NCBI GenBank assembly: GCA_045807245.1
Contig: JBJMHS010000020.1
Span: 1,662-65,661, forward strand
Origin: Actinomycetales bacterium
GTDB lineage: Bacteria; Actinomycetota; Actinomycetes; Actinomycetales; CAVURS01
DNA: 64,000 bases
Reading direction: 5' to 3'
Positions 39,737 through 50,175 of this stretch are shown here, one piece after another; position 1 is the stretch's first letter; each line of letters starts with the position of its first letter. The notes beneath the pieces were generated by a model. That model was not told where the DNA came from. It ran no database searches and saw only the letters and a program-made list of their open reading frames with translations. A program made the position numbers and the translations under genes.

Positions 39737-40362
39737 GCCGGCGGGCGGCCGGGCGGCGCGCTGCCGTCAGCCGGACGACGACCGAGAGTCGCGTCGAGGT
39801 GCAGCTCGACCTGGACGGCACCGGCCGCAGCGAGGTCTCGACCGGCGTGCCCTTCTACGACCACATGCTCACCGCGTTGTCGGCGCACTCGCTCATCGAC
39901 CTCACGGTTCACGCCACCGGTGACCTGGCCGTCGACGCACACCACACGGTGGAGGACGTGGCCATCTGCATCGGCCAGGCGTTGCGGGATGCGTTGGGGG
40001 ACAAGACCGGGATCAGCCGCTACGGCGACGCGCTCGTCCCCCTCGACGAGGCGCTCGCGCAGGCGGTCGTGGACGTCTCCGGCCGGCCCTACCTCGTGCA
40101 CGCGGGCGAGCCGGACGGCATGCCATATGTGCTCATCGGCGGCGGTGGGTCGGCCCCGCCGTACGCCGGTTCCCTGACCGCTCACGTGTTCGAGAGCATC
40201 GCCCATCACGCGGGCATCACGATGCATGTGCGCGTGCTGTCCGGCCGCGACCCGCACCACATCGTCGAGGCACAGTTCAAAGCGTTGGCCCGGGCTCTGC
40301 GTCAGGCCGTCGAGACCGACCCACGACGGACCGGCGTACCGAGCACCAAGGGCTCTCTCTAA
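39733..40362 (+). CDS. hisB: Imidazoleglycerol-phosphate dehydratase
   Basis: [33 protein letters not shown]. Confidence 0.97.
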   Translation: MSRRAAGRRAAVSRTTTESRVEVQLDLDGTGRSEVSTGVPFYDHMLTALSAHSLIDLTVHATGDLAVDAHHTVEDVAICIGQALRDALGDKTGISRYGDALVPLDEALAQAVVDVSGRPYLVHAGEPDGMPYVLIGGGGSAPPYAGSLTAHVFESIAHHAGITMHVRVLSGRDPHHIVEAQFKALARALRQAVETDPRRTGVPSTKGSL

Positions 40363-40383
40363 GCGGCCCAACGGTTTCGAGCC

Positions 40384-41058
40384 ATGCCATCGCCGGCTGA
40401 CCGCCCCCAGGCGCTCGTGGTCATGCGGGACACCCGCGGCTCCGCGACCGGCTGGGCCCAGCGAGGTCTCGGCCCGGTGACGGTGGTCCCCGGCCTGGTC
40501 TGGACGCTCGTCACTCCCGCCGGTCCTGCTCGCAGCGCGACGCCGTACGACGACCCGACGACGCTCCTGGGCGGGCGGCCGGTGCCACGCCGGCTGCGGC
40601 CAACGGCGTGTCTGGTTGCCGACGCGGACCGGCTCACCGTCCGGGTGCAGGGATCCAGCTGGCGCGCTCCGCAACGCTGGGTCGTCTGGACCCGCGGTGT
40701 CGGGCTGAGCCGGGTGCCCGACCTGGAGCCGGCCCCTTTGGCGCTGGTCGCGCGCCTGTTGTCGCCGACCCGCGAGTCGGCCGGGCGGCTGACCGAGGTG
40801 TTCGCACAGGACGGCCGGCTGCCGGCTTCGGTCGGCGACGCGCTGCTGGAGGCGCTGCTCCTGCCGGGCGCCGGGGTCCTCTCCGGTCGTGTCGACCCGG
40901 CCACCCTGCCGGGAGCCGTCCGGGTCGAGCCGCAGGAGCATCTGGTTGCGCGCTTCGACGCCGTGGCGCTGGACGAGGACCAGGCGGCCAGGGAACGCGG
41001 GGAGCGCAGGGAACGCGGGGAACGCGGAGAGCGCGGCGAGGACAGGGGGCGATCGTGA
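40384..41058 (+). CDS. Hypothetical protein inside the his operon
   Basis: 224-aa ORF filling the hisB-hisH gap; stop overlaps the hisH GTG (GTGA). Confidence 0.7.
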   Translation: MPSPADRPQALVVMRDTRGSATGWAQRGLGPVTVVPGLVWTLVTPAGPARSATPYDDPTTLLGGRPVPRRLRPTACLVADADRLTVRVQGSSWRAPQRWVVWTRGVGLSRVPDLEPAPLALVARLLSPTRESAGRLTEVFAQDGRLPASVGDALLEALLLPGAGVLSGRVDPATLPGAVRVEPQEHLVARFDAVALDEDQAARERGERRERGERGERGEDRGRS

Positions 41059-41714
41059 CGGCCGGCGTCGTCGTCCTGGACTACGGGTCGGGCAACGTGC
41101 ACTCGGCTGTGCGCGCGCTCGAGCGAGTCGGTGCCCGGGTCGAGCTGACCGCCCGGCGCGACGCCGTGCTCGGGTGCGATGGCCTGGTGGTGCCTGGCGT
41201 CGGTGCGTTCGGGGCTTGCGTCACCGCGCTGCAGTCCGTGCGGGGAGGTGAGCTGATCGGACGCCGCCTGGCGGGGAGCCGTCCGGTGCTCGGCATCTGC
41301 GTCGGCATGCAAGCGCTGTTCGAGAGCTCGGCCGAGCACCGTGACCCCGAGTCGGCCGAGCGCGCAGACGAGGTGCCGGGCCTGGCCGAGTGGCCCGGTC
41401 TGGTCGAGCGGCTCGACGCGCCGGTCGTCCCGCACATGGGTTGGAGCCCGGTCCGGACGCCCGAGGGGACCCGGCTGTTCCGCGGGGTCGAGGGGGAGCG
41501 CTTCTACTTCGTGCACTCCTACGCCGTCCGCCGCTGGGTGCTGCAGACCCCCGCCGACTCCCCGCTGCCGGCACCGCTCGTCACCTGGTCCGAGCACGGC
41601 GGGCCGTTCGTCGCGGCCGTGGAGAACGGCCCGCTGAGCGCCACCCAGTTCCATCCGGAGAAGTCCGGTGACGCGGGGGCCGCTCTGCTGGAGAACTGGG
41701 TCGCCTCGCTCTGA
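41055..41714 (+). CDS. hisH: IGP synthase glutaminase subunit
   Basis: LDYGSGN, PGVGAF, GICVGMQ, PHMGW, YFVHSY, QFHPEKS. Confidence 0.97.
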   Translation: MTAGVVVLDYGSGNVHSAVRALERVGARVELTARRDAVLGCDGLVVPGVGAFGACVTALQSVRGGELIGRRLAGSRPVLGICVGMQALFESSAEHRDPESAERADEVPGLAEWPGLVERLDAPVVPHMGWSPVRTPEGTRLFRGVEGERFYFVHSYAVRRWVLQTPADSPLPAPLVTWSEHGGPFVAAVENGPLSATQFHPEKSGDAGAALLENWVASL

Positions 41715-41729
41715 CGGTAGGTTGCGCGC

Positions 41730-41993
41730 GTGACCACGCGCCGGCGGCCGTCCTCCTCCAAGAAGCGGTCGCGCGCCCGCTCCTCGACCGGCCGGGCCCG
41801 GACCACGCGCTCGACGAGCCGGACCACGGCGCCCCGGCCGCGCCGGTCCCGTCCGGCCACGACGCTCGGCGCAGCGGCCGGGACGGTCGCCGTGGCGTTC
41901 ATCCTCGGCGCGCCCTGGTCGGTCCGGATCGCGCTCATCGTGCTCGTCGTCCTGGGTGCGCTCGGCTACCTCGTCTGGTCGCGGCGCCGGTGA
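41730..41993 (+). CDS. Small membrane protein with Arg/Ser/Thr-rich N-terminus
   Basis: TAGGTT -10 6 nt before GTG; two hydrophobic helices; GTGA overlap with priA. Confidence 0.6.
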   Translation: MTTRRRPSSSKKRSRARSSTGRARTTRSTSRTTAPRPRRSRPATTLGAAAGTVAVAFILGAPWSVRIALIVLVVLGALGYLVWSRRR

Positions 41994-42721
41994 GCGACCG
42001 GCTGGTCCTGCTGCCCGCTGTCGACGTCGCGGACGGTCAGGCCGTCCGCCTGGTGCAGGGGGAGGCGGGGAGCGAGACGAGGTACGGCGACCCACTCGCC
42101 GCGGCGCTGGCCTGGCAGGCGGCCGGGGCGGAGTGGGTCCACCTGGTCGACCTGGACGCGGCCTTCGGGCGTGGTTCGAACCACGACCAGCTGGCGGAGG
42201 TCGCCGGCCGGCTCGACGTCGCGGTGGAGCTGTCCGGCGGGATTCGCGACGACGAGTCGCTCGCCGCCGCGCTCGCCACCGGCTGCCGGCGGGTCAACAT
42301 CGGCACTGCGGCGCTCGAGGACCCGGGCTGGACCGCATCGGTGATCGAGCGTCACGGCGACGCCGTTGCGGTGGGTCTGGACGTCCGCGGGACCACGCTG
42401 GCCGCGCGCGGATGGACCCGCGAGGGGGGCGACCTTTGGGAGGCGCTCGACCGGCTCGACCGGGCCGGCTGTGCGCGGTACGTCGTGACCGACGTGACCA
42501 GGGACGGCACCCTGGGCGGGCCCAACCTCGACCTGCTCCAGCAGGTCTGTGCCCGCACGCCCGCCCCGGTCGTGGCGTCCGGCGGCATCTCCAGCCTCGC
42601 CGACCTGCACGCGCTGCGCGGCCTCGTTCCCTCGGGGGTGGAGGGTGCGATCGTCGGCAAGGCGCTGTACGCCGGCGAGTTCACCCTTGCGCAGGCGCTC
42701 GACGTCGCCGGGCGCCCTTGA
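41990..42721 (+). CDS. priA: Phosphoribosyl isomerase A (HisA/TrpF bifunctional type)
   Basis: [44 protein letters not shown]. Confidence 0.93.
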   Translation: MSDRLVLLPAVDVADGQAVRLVQGEAGSETRYGDPLAAALAWQAAGAEWVHLVDLDAAFGRGSNHDQLAEVAGRLDVAVELSGGIRDDESLAAALATGCRRVNIGTAALEDPGWTASVIERHGDAVAVGLDVRGTTLAARGWTREGGDLWEALDRLDRAGCARYVVTDVTRDGTLGGPNLDLLQQVCARTPAPVVASGGISSLADLHALRGLVPSGVEGAIVGKALYAGEFTLAQALDVAGRP

Positions 42722-43455
42722 GCCCCGCGTCGAGCCGCCCGCAGAGCAGCGGCGCTCCAGCCGACTCCGTCGGTCAGCCGTGGACCGGCCGTGACCTGCC
42801 GCCGGCGCCGTACGCCGGGGACGACGGCCGTCCCGACTCGACGCTCACCGCGGTCCTGGCCCGTCTCGGCACCGGGCCGGAGGCCGAGACCGAGCTGGTC
42901 CGCGCGCTGGGGCCGGCGCGGGTGTTCGTCGCCGTGGTGGCTCTGCCGGGCGAGAGCAAGGATGGGCGTTCAGACATGGGTCTCGTCTGGCTGGACCGGC
43001 TGGACGGGCGGCGCGCCCTGCCGGTGTTCACCAGCCCGCAGAGCCTCGCTGCGTGGCGAGCGGAGGGGCGGCCCGTGCCTGCCGATGGGCGTCGGGTCGC
43101 CCTCTCTGCCGTCGCCGAGGGCGCTGAGCTCTTGCATCTCGACCCCGGTGGCCCGGTCGAGTACGTGGTGCCGCGGCCGGCCCTCTGGGCCCTGGCGCAG
43201 GACCGTGACTGGCGACCGGCGTACGGGAATCCTGTTGTGACACAGACGATCTCGGATATGTGCGCTGAGCTGGGCCTCACCGTTGGATGCGAACGGGGAG
43301 AGGCGGCGGAGCTCCGGGTCGTGCTCTCGCTGCCGCCGGGCCTGGGCGCGGGCTCACTCGACGGGGTGACGACCGGCCTGAGCCGGCGACTCGGGCAGAG
43401 CGATGTCGTCACCGAGCAGGTGGACTCTGTCGAGATCACCGTGCGGTCGTCCTGA
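42718..43455 (+). CDS. SseB family protein
   Basis: [25 protein letters not shown]...[14 protein letters not shown]; TTGA overlap with priA. Confidence 0.8.
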   Translation: MSPASSRPQSSGAPADSVGQPWTGRDLPPAPYAGDDGRPDSTLTAVLARLGTGPEAETELVRALGPARVFVAVVALPGESKDGRSDMGLVWLDRLDGRRALPVFTSPQSLAAWRAEGRPVPADGRRVALSAVAEGAELLHLDPGGPVEYVVPRPALWALAQDRDWRPAYGNPVVTQTISDMCAELGLTVGCERGEAAELRVVLSLPPGLGAGSLDGVTTGLSRRLGQSDVVTEQVDSVEITVRSS

Positions 43456-43498
43456 TGCACGCTCGCGCGCCGCGCCGGAGTTTGGCAGAATGCGACAA

Positions 43499-44845
43499 AT
43501 GCCCCTAGAGCGCTATCGCGCCGTCCTGCGTGCGCCGGGAGTTCCCGGCCTGCTCGTCGTGGGCTTCCTGTCCCGTGGCCCGGTGATTGCCGTCAGCGCC
43601 GTTCTCACCCTGCACACGGTCCTGACCCTGCATCGCGACTACGTCAGTGCCGGTCTGGCTGCCACCGCCCTGACCGCGGCGACTGCGGCCGGCGCGCCGT
43701 GGCGGGGCCGGGTCGTCGACCGCAAGGGGCTCCGCCGAGCGCTCGTGCCGTCGATCGTGATCGGAGGCGGGACCTGGCTGGTCGCGCCCTGGGTCGGGTA
43801 CCCCGGGCTGCTGGCCCTCGCGGTGGTCGGCGGGGTGTTCGGGCTGCCGTCGTTCGCCGTCGTGCGCCAGGCCCTCTCCGTTGCCGTGCCGCCGGACCAG
43901 CGTCGCTCGGCGCTCGCCCTGGACTCGATGAGCGTCGAGCTCTCCTTCATGACCGGTCCGGCCATCGCCGTCGTGGGCGCCTCTACCTGGTCGACCAAGG
44001 GCGTCTTGGTCATCGTGGGCGTCGCCCAGATCCTGTCCGGTCTGGCCCTGTGGCTGCTGAACCCACCCGTCCGCACAGCCCCCGCCCGGAGCGGACCCGG
44101 CGACGCCGCAGTCGGGTCGGAGGGATCGGACGGGCGCGGCCGGCACCGGGCGGGCGCGCCGGTGAAGGCTGAGAGCCGTCGGCGCACCTGGTTCACGCCT
44201 GCCCTGTGTGCCGTCTTCGCCAGCGGTGCCGGCGCCGCCCTCGTCCTGGCCGGCAGCGAGGTGGCAGTCGTTGCCCAGCTGCGGCACCTCGGGCACCTGC
44301 CGTTCACCGGGGTGGTGTTCGTCGTGTGGGGCATCACGTCCATGCTGGGCGGCTTCGTGTACGGCGCCCTGCACCGCGAGATCAGCCCGCCGGTCGTGCT
44401 GCTGGGCCTGAGCGTGCTCACCCTGCCGATCGGTCTGGCGACCGGCCCGGTCACGGTCGCCCTGCTGGTGGGGGTCGCCGGGCTGTTCTGTGCGCCTGCC
44501 CTGACGGCGACGTCGACCGCCCTGACCCGGCTGGTCGCGGAGGAGTACCGCGGGGAGGCCCTCGGCTGGCAGGGCACCGCCATGACCGTGGGCAGCGCCG
44601 CCGGCGCGCCACTCGCCGGTTTCGCGGCGGACCGGTCAGGCGCCTCCGGCGGCTACCTCGCGGCCGGGCTCGCCGGAGTGGGACTGGCCCTGCTGGCGCT
44701 GGTCATGGCCGCGGCCTTCGGTCGGCATCGACGGCCGGGTTCGGACCGTCCGGACGTTCGCACCGAGGCGGCGGCGGGGACCGCCGTGGTGCAGCTGCCG
44801 CGGAATACCGAGCCCCGCGTGCCTGCTGATACCCTCACAGACTGA
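43499..44845 (+). CDS. MFS transporter
   Basis: About 12 TMs, GRVVDRKGLRR motif A; -10-like CAGAAT 7 nt before ATG 43499. Confidence 0.88.
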   Translation: MPLERYRAVLRAPGVPGLLVVGFLSRGPVIAVSAVLTLHTVLTLHRDYVSAGLAATALTAATAAGAPWRGRVVDRKGLRRALVPSIVIGGGTWLVAPWVGYPGLLALAVVGGVFGLPSFAVVRQALSVAVPPDQRRSALALDSMSVELSFMTGPAIAVVGASTWSTKGVLVIVGVAQILSGLALWLLNPPVRTAPARSGPGDAAVGSEGSDGRGRHRAGAPVKAESRRRTWFTPALCAVFASGAGAALVLAGSEVAVVAQLRHLGHLPFTGVVFVVWGITSMLGGFVYGALHREISPPVVLLGLSVLTLPIGLATGPVTVALLVGVAGLFCAPALTATSTALTRLVAEEYRGEALGWQGTAMTVGSAAGAPLAGFAADRSGASGGYLAAGLAGVGLALLALVMAAAFGRHRRPGSDRPDVRTEAAAGTAVVQLPRNTEPRVPADTLTD

Positions 44846-45112
44846 CCCACCAACGGGTCCCGGCCGTCCAGGTCGAGGACCCGCGGTGCGCAAAGAGGAG
44901 TCTCGCTCCCACCCGCGTCGACCGCGACGGCCATCTCTTGAGGTGGTCGCCACACCAGGTCGCCGGGTCCGGTCACTGCCCGGCTCTCCAGCCGGGCGTT
45001 CGGCGTACGGCGATGGCCGTGCACCGGACCGGTTGCGAGGCTCCCGGCTGCGACGGCGACGGGAGCCTTTCTCGTCTGTCGTGGTCGCCCGGACGACACA
45101 GAGGAGAACCAC
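44842..45112 (+). promoter_or_regulatory. Structured infC leader with terminator-like hairpin and competing pairing
   Basis: Extended -10 TGaTACCCT at 44827-44835; hairpin aggctcccg/cgggagcct followed by ttctcgt (45038-45075); 44897-44906 can pair with 45035-45044. Confidence 0.55.
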
Positions 45113-46162
45113 ATCAGCGAGCCCCGCATCAACGACCGCATCCGGGTCCCCGAGGTCCGACTGGTCGGCCCCAACGGCGAGCAGGTCGGCATCGTCAGGG
45201 TGGAGGACGCCCTTCGCCTGGCTGCGGAGGCTGACCTCGACCTGGTCGAGGTCGCCCCGAACGCCCGCCCCCCCGTGTGCAAGCTCATGGACTTCGGCAA
45301 GTTCAAGTACGAGTCGGCCATGAAGGCCCGCGAGGCGCGGCGGAACCAGACGAACACGGTCATCAAGGAGATCAAGCTCCGCCCGAAGATCGACCCGCAC
45401 GACTACGGCACCAAGAAGGGCCACGTCGAGCGGTTCCTGCGGGCCGGGGACAAGGTCAAGGTGACCATCATGTTCCGCGGGCGCGAGCAGTCCCGGCCCG
45501 AGCTGGGCTTCCGGCTGCTGCAGCGCCTGGCCGAGGACATCGGCGAGCTCGGCTTCGTGGAGAGCACCCCGAAGCAGGACGGCCGAAACATGATCATGGT
45601 GATCGGTCCGACCCGGAAGAAGGCCGAGGCCAAGGCCGAGGAACGCCGCCGGCGCGAGCAGACATCGCGCGAACCGGTGCCCAGCCAGGCCGCGGCCAGC
45701 GAGCCGGTCATCGAGCCCGTCATGGAGCCGGTCATCGAGCCGACGGTCGAGCAGGCGGCCGAGCCGATGCTCGAGCCGGCGCCCGAGGCGGCTGCTGTTG
45801 CCGAGCCCGAGGCCACCCCTGAGGTCACGCCCCAGGCCACGACCGAGGCCACGCCCGAAGTTGCGCCTGAGATCGCAGCGACCGCACCCGAGGCGGCTCC
45901 CGAGCCGGCCGCCGTACCGAGGTCCGCTCCCAAGCCGGCGCCGCGGCCGGCGGCACCCGCCGCGAAGGCCCCGGCCAAGAAGGCCGCTGCCAAGACGGCG
46001 AGCAAGCCTGCCACCAAGACGGCGAGCAAGGCGACGACCAAGACATCCCCGGCGACGAGCCGGACCAGCAAGACCGCCGAGAAGCCCGCCGCGAAGTCCG
46101 CGGCCAAGACGACCGGCGCGAGCACAGCGAAGGTTGCCGAGCCGGCGGCCGACGCGAGCTGA
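45113..46162 (+). CDS. infC: Translation initiation factor IF-3 (ATC start; long C-terminal extension)
   Basis: GAGGAG RBS then ATC AGC GAG CCC CGC ATC AAC ([11 protein letters not shown]); [12 protein letters not shown]. Confidence 0.95.
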   Translation: MSEPRINDRIRVPEVRLVGPNGEQVGIVRVEDALRLAAEADLDLVEVAPNARPPVCKLMDFGKFKYESAMKAREARRNQTNTVIKEIKLRPKIDPHDYGTKKGHVERFLRAGDKVKVTIMFRGREQSRPELGFRLLQRLAEDIGELGFVESTPKQDGRNMIMVIGPTRKKAEAKAEERRRREQTSREPVPSQAAASEPVIEPVMEPVIEPTVEQAAEPMLEPAPEAAAVAEPEATPEVTPQATTEATPEVAPEIAATAPEAAPEPAAVPRSAPKPAPRPAAPAAKAPAKKAAAKTASKPATKTASKATTKTSPATSRTSKTAEKPAAKSAAKTTGASTAKVAEPAADAS

Positions 46163-46247
46163 CGACAGGCACAGATGAGGTGGCCGCGAGGCCGCCGCAG
46201 CACAGCATGCCGCGCCATCCGGTGCGGCCGACCGAGAGGGCAGACCA

Positions 46248-46442
46248 ATGCCGAAGATGAAGACGCACAGCGGTGCGAAGAAGCGCTTCCGGGTGACCGG
46301 CAAGGGCAAGGTCATGCGCGAGCAGACCAACGCGCGACACCTGCTCGAGCACAAGCCGTCCACCCGCACTCGCCGGCTGGCGCTCGACGTCGAAGCAGCC
46401 CCCGCGGACGTGAAGAAGATCAAGCGCCTGCTCGGCCGCTGA
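46248..46442 (+). CDS. rpmI: 50S ribosomal protein L35
   Basis: [18 protein letters not shown]. Confidence 0.98.
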   Translation: MPKMKTHSGAKKRFRVTGKGKVMREQTNARHLLEHKPSTRTRRLALDVEAAPADVKKIKRLLGR

Positions 46443-46490
46443 GCCGGGCCCTCGCATCCTGACCACACCTCATAACCAAGGAGTACTCAC

Positions 46491-46874
46491 GTGGCACGCG
46501 TGAAGCGGGCGGTCAACGCCCAGAAGAAGCGCCGGGTCGCCCTGGAACGGGCGAGCGGCTACCGCGGGCAGCGGTCGCGGCTGTACCGCAAGGCCAAGGA
46601 GCAGGTCACCCACTCCCTCGGCTATGCCTACCGGGACCGCCGGGCGCGCAAGGGCGACTTCCGCCGCCTGTGGATCCAGCGGATCAACGCCGCCGCCCGG
46701 GCGAACGGGATGACGTACAACCGGTTCATCCAGGGCCTGAAGGCCGCAGGCGTCGAGGTCGACCGGCGCATGCTGGCCGACCTGGCCGTCAACGACGCCG
46801 CCGCGTTCACCGTGCTGGTCGAGACGGCCCGGGCGCACGTCCCGGTCGTCGCCGACGCGAACGACGCGGCCTGA
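46491..46874 (+). CDS. rplT: 50S ribosomal protein L20
   Basis: MARVKR...GYRGQRS...[14 protein letters not shown]. Confidence 0.98.
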   Translation: MARVKRAVNAQKKRRVALERASGYRGQRSRLYRKAKEQVTHSLGYAYRDRRARKGDFRRLWIQRINAAARANGMTYNRFIQGLKAAGVEVDRRMLADLAVNDAAAFTVLVETARAHVPVVADANDAA

Positions 46875-46896
46875 GCGCCGCGATCGGCTCCCGCTC

Positions 46897-47745
46897 GTGC
46901 TGACCAACGTCCGCTCCGAGCGGGTGCGGTCGTTGCGCGGCCTGTCCCGCCGGGTGGCCCGCGAGCGCGCGGGCCGCTTCCTGGCCGAGGGCCCGCAGGC
47001 GGTCCGCGAGGCGCTGGCGGAGCACGATCGGCGTACGGCGGCCGGGCACCCCGCGTTGGTGCACGAGCTGTTCGCCGAGCCGGAGGCAGTTCGGCGGTAC
47101 GCCGAGCTGGTCGACCAGGCAGCTGCCGCGGGCGTCACGGTGACCGAGGCCGGTCACGAGGTGCTGTCCGCGCTGTCCGACACCGTTCACCCGCAGGGCC
47201 TGGTGGCTGTGTGCTCCCTGGTGGACGTGCCGCTCGACGACGTCGCGGCGCGGGCGCCGGGGTTGGTCGCCGTCCTGGCCCGGGTGCGCGACCCCGGCAA
47301 CGCGGGCACGGTGCTGCGGGCGGCCGATGCGGCCGGCGCCGACGCGGTGGTCCTGACCGCCGAGAGCGTGGACGTCCACAACTCCAAATGCGTGCGGGCG
47401 TCGGCGGGCAGCCTGTTCCACCTGCCGGTGGTCGCCGGACCGTCCGTGGCCGACGCGGTGACGGCGCTGAAGGCCGCCGGGTGCGTCGTCCTCGCCGCCG
47501 ATGCGCGCACGGACGCGGAGGACCTCGACGACCTGCTGGACGCTGCGGCGACCGGTGCCGGACCCCTCGCCCGGCCGACGGCCTGGCTGTTCGGCAACGA
47601 GGCGTGGGGTCTCACCGACGACGACCTGTCACTGGTCGATCACGTGGTGCGAGTGCCGATTCGCGGCTCCGCGGAGAGCCTGAACCTCGCCGCTGCGGCG
47701 ACCGTGTGCCTGTACTCCTCGGCTCGGGTGCGTCGTGCCGGCTGA
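46897..47745 (+). CDS. TrmH/SpoU family RNA methyltransferase
   Basis: DPGNAGTVLR, FGNEAWGL, ESLNLA SPOUT motifs. Confidence 0.92.
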   Translation: MLTNVRSERVRSLRGLSRRVARERAGRFLAEGPQAVREALAEHDRRTAAGHPALVHELFAEPEAVRRYAELVDQAAAAGVTVTEAGHEVLSALSDTVHPQGLVAVCSLVDVPLDDVAARAPGLVAVLARVRDPGNAGTVLRAADAAGADAVVLTAESVDVHNSKCVRASAGSLFHLPVVAGPSVADAVTALKAAGCVVLAADARTDAEDLDDLLDAAATGAGPLARPTAWLFGNEAWGLTDDDLSLVDHVVRVPIRGSAESLNLAAAATVCLYSSARVRRAG

Positions 47746-47842
47746 ATCGGGACCGGCCGTGGTGCCGGTCGGCGTACCGGGGCCGCCTCAGGAGCCACCG
47801 CCGGACACGGCAACGCCGTCTGGTCAGGCTAAAGTCGCGGAC

Positions 47843-48946
47843 ATGGGCACGGGGGAGGGTCGGACGACGACTGTGCACCCCGATGAGCTGCCGGACGGGC
47901 TGATCGTCATCGGGGCAGACGCGCACGTCCTCGACTTCAACACCGCGGCGGAGCGCATCACCGGTCTGAACGCCGCCGACATGCTCGGAACCGACGTCCG
48001 CGAGAGCCTGCCGTTGCAGGACCGGGACGGCAACAACTGGTGGCTCGCGACCGACCCGTGGGGCGGCCTGACCACTCGGACGGGCCAGCGTGAGCGCCTC
48101 CTGCTGCTGGCCGGCACGCGCGAGCTGTTGGTCACCACGAAGTACGTGCGGCCCGGTCGCGGTCGGCCGGTCGAACGCGTCCTGGTCGGGCTGCGCGACA
48201 CCGAGAACCGGCGGCGGGCCGAGGTCTCGCAGGCCCAGCTGCTGTCCACGGTGGCGCACGAGCTGAGGTCGCCGCTGACGTCGGTGAAGGGCTTCTCCGC
48301 CACACTGCTGCGGCGGTGGGACCGGTTCAGCGACGACCAGAAACGGCTGATGCTCGAGACCATCGAGGCCGACGCGGACCGGGTCACCCGGCTCATCGGC
48401 GAGCTGCTCGACATCTCGCGGATCGACGCCGGCCGGCTCGAGGTCCGCCGCCAACCGGTCGACCTGGTCTCGGTGGCGCACAAGCACGTCGAGCGGATGG
48501 TGGCCAGCGGGTACGACGACGAGCGTTTCGTGGTCGAGGCTCCCGACCCGTTGCCCGAGGTCTGGGCCGACCCCGACCGGGTCGACCAGGTCCTGGGCAA
48601 CCTGCTCGAAAATGCCGTGCGCCACGGCGCCGGCACGGTCACGCTGACCGTCATGCCCGACAAGGTCGAGGTCGCCGATCCCCAGGCGGGGGGTGCGCTG
48701 ACGCCGCAGGACGCGGTCGCCGTGTCCGTGGCCGACGAGGGCGAGGGCATCCACGAGGACCACTACCCACTCGTCTTCACCCGGTTCTGGCACGGTCGCA
48801 GCCGGGGCGGCACCGGACTCGGCCTGTACGTCGTGCGCGGCCTGGTCGAGGCCCACGGCGGACGCATCTCGGTGGGGCGCGCCGACAACGGTGGGGCGAT
48901 GTTCCGATTTACGTTGCCCGCGGGCGCCCCCGAGCATCTGGCCTGA
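47843..48946 (+). CDS. Cytoplasmic PAS-domain sensor histidine kinase (orphan)
   Basis: PAS domain (DELPDGLIV..FN.AAERITG), HELRSPL H-box, NLLENA, DEGEGI, GTGLGL; TAAAGT -10 7 nt before ATG 47843. Confidence 0.88.
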   Translation: MGTGEGRTTTVHPDELPDGLIVIGADAHVLDFNTAAERITGLNAADMLGTDVRESLPLQDRDGNNWWLATDPWGGLTTRTGQRERLLLLAGTRELLVTTKYVRPGRGRPVERVLVGLRDTENRRRAEVSQAQLLSTVAHELRSPLTSVKGFSATLLRRWDRFSDDQKRLMLETIEADADRVTRLIGELLDISRIDAGRLEVRRQPVDLVSVAHKHVERMVASGYDDERFVVEAPDPLPEVWADPDRVDQVLGNLLENAVRHGAGTVTLTVMPDKVEVADPQAGGALTPQDAVAVSVADEGEGIHEDHYPLVFTRFWHGRSRGGTGLGLYVVRGLVEAHGGRISVGRADNGGAMFRFTLPAGAPEHLA

Positions 48947-48972
48947 CGGCCGCCGCACACTCCGGCTCATGA

Positions 48973-50174
<1,202 letters not shown>

Positions 50175-50175
<1 letters not shown>

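Noticed and set aside
47735-47842. Upstream start for the kinase, and similar N-terminal extensions in the ORF track for STAS, murC, hisH, pheS, argC, argJ, argB, argD and the sdh anchor
   Set aside because: Downstream starts have an RBS, a -10 element or a stop/start overlap, and fit the family N-termini better.
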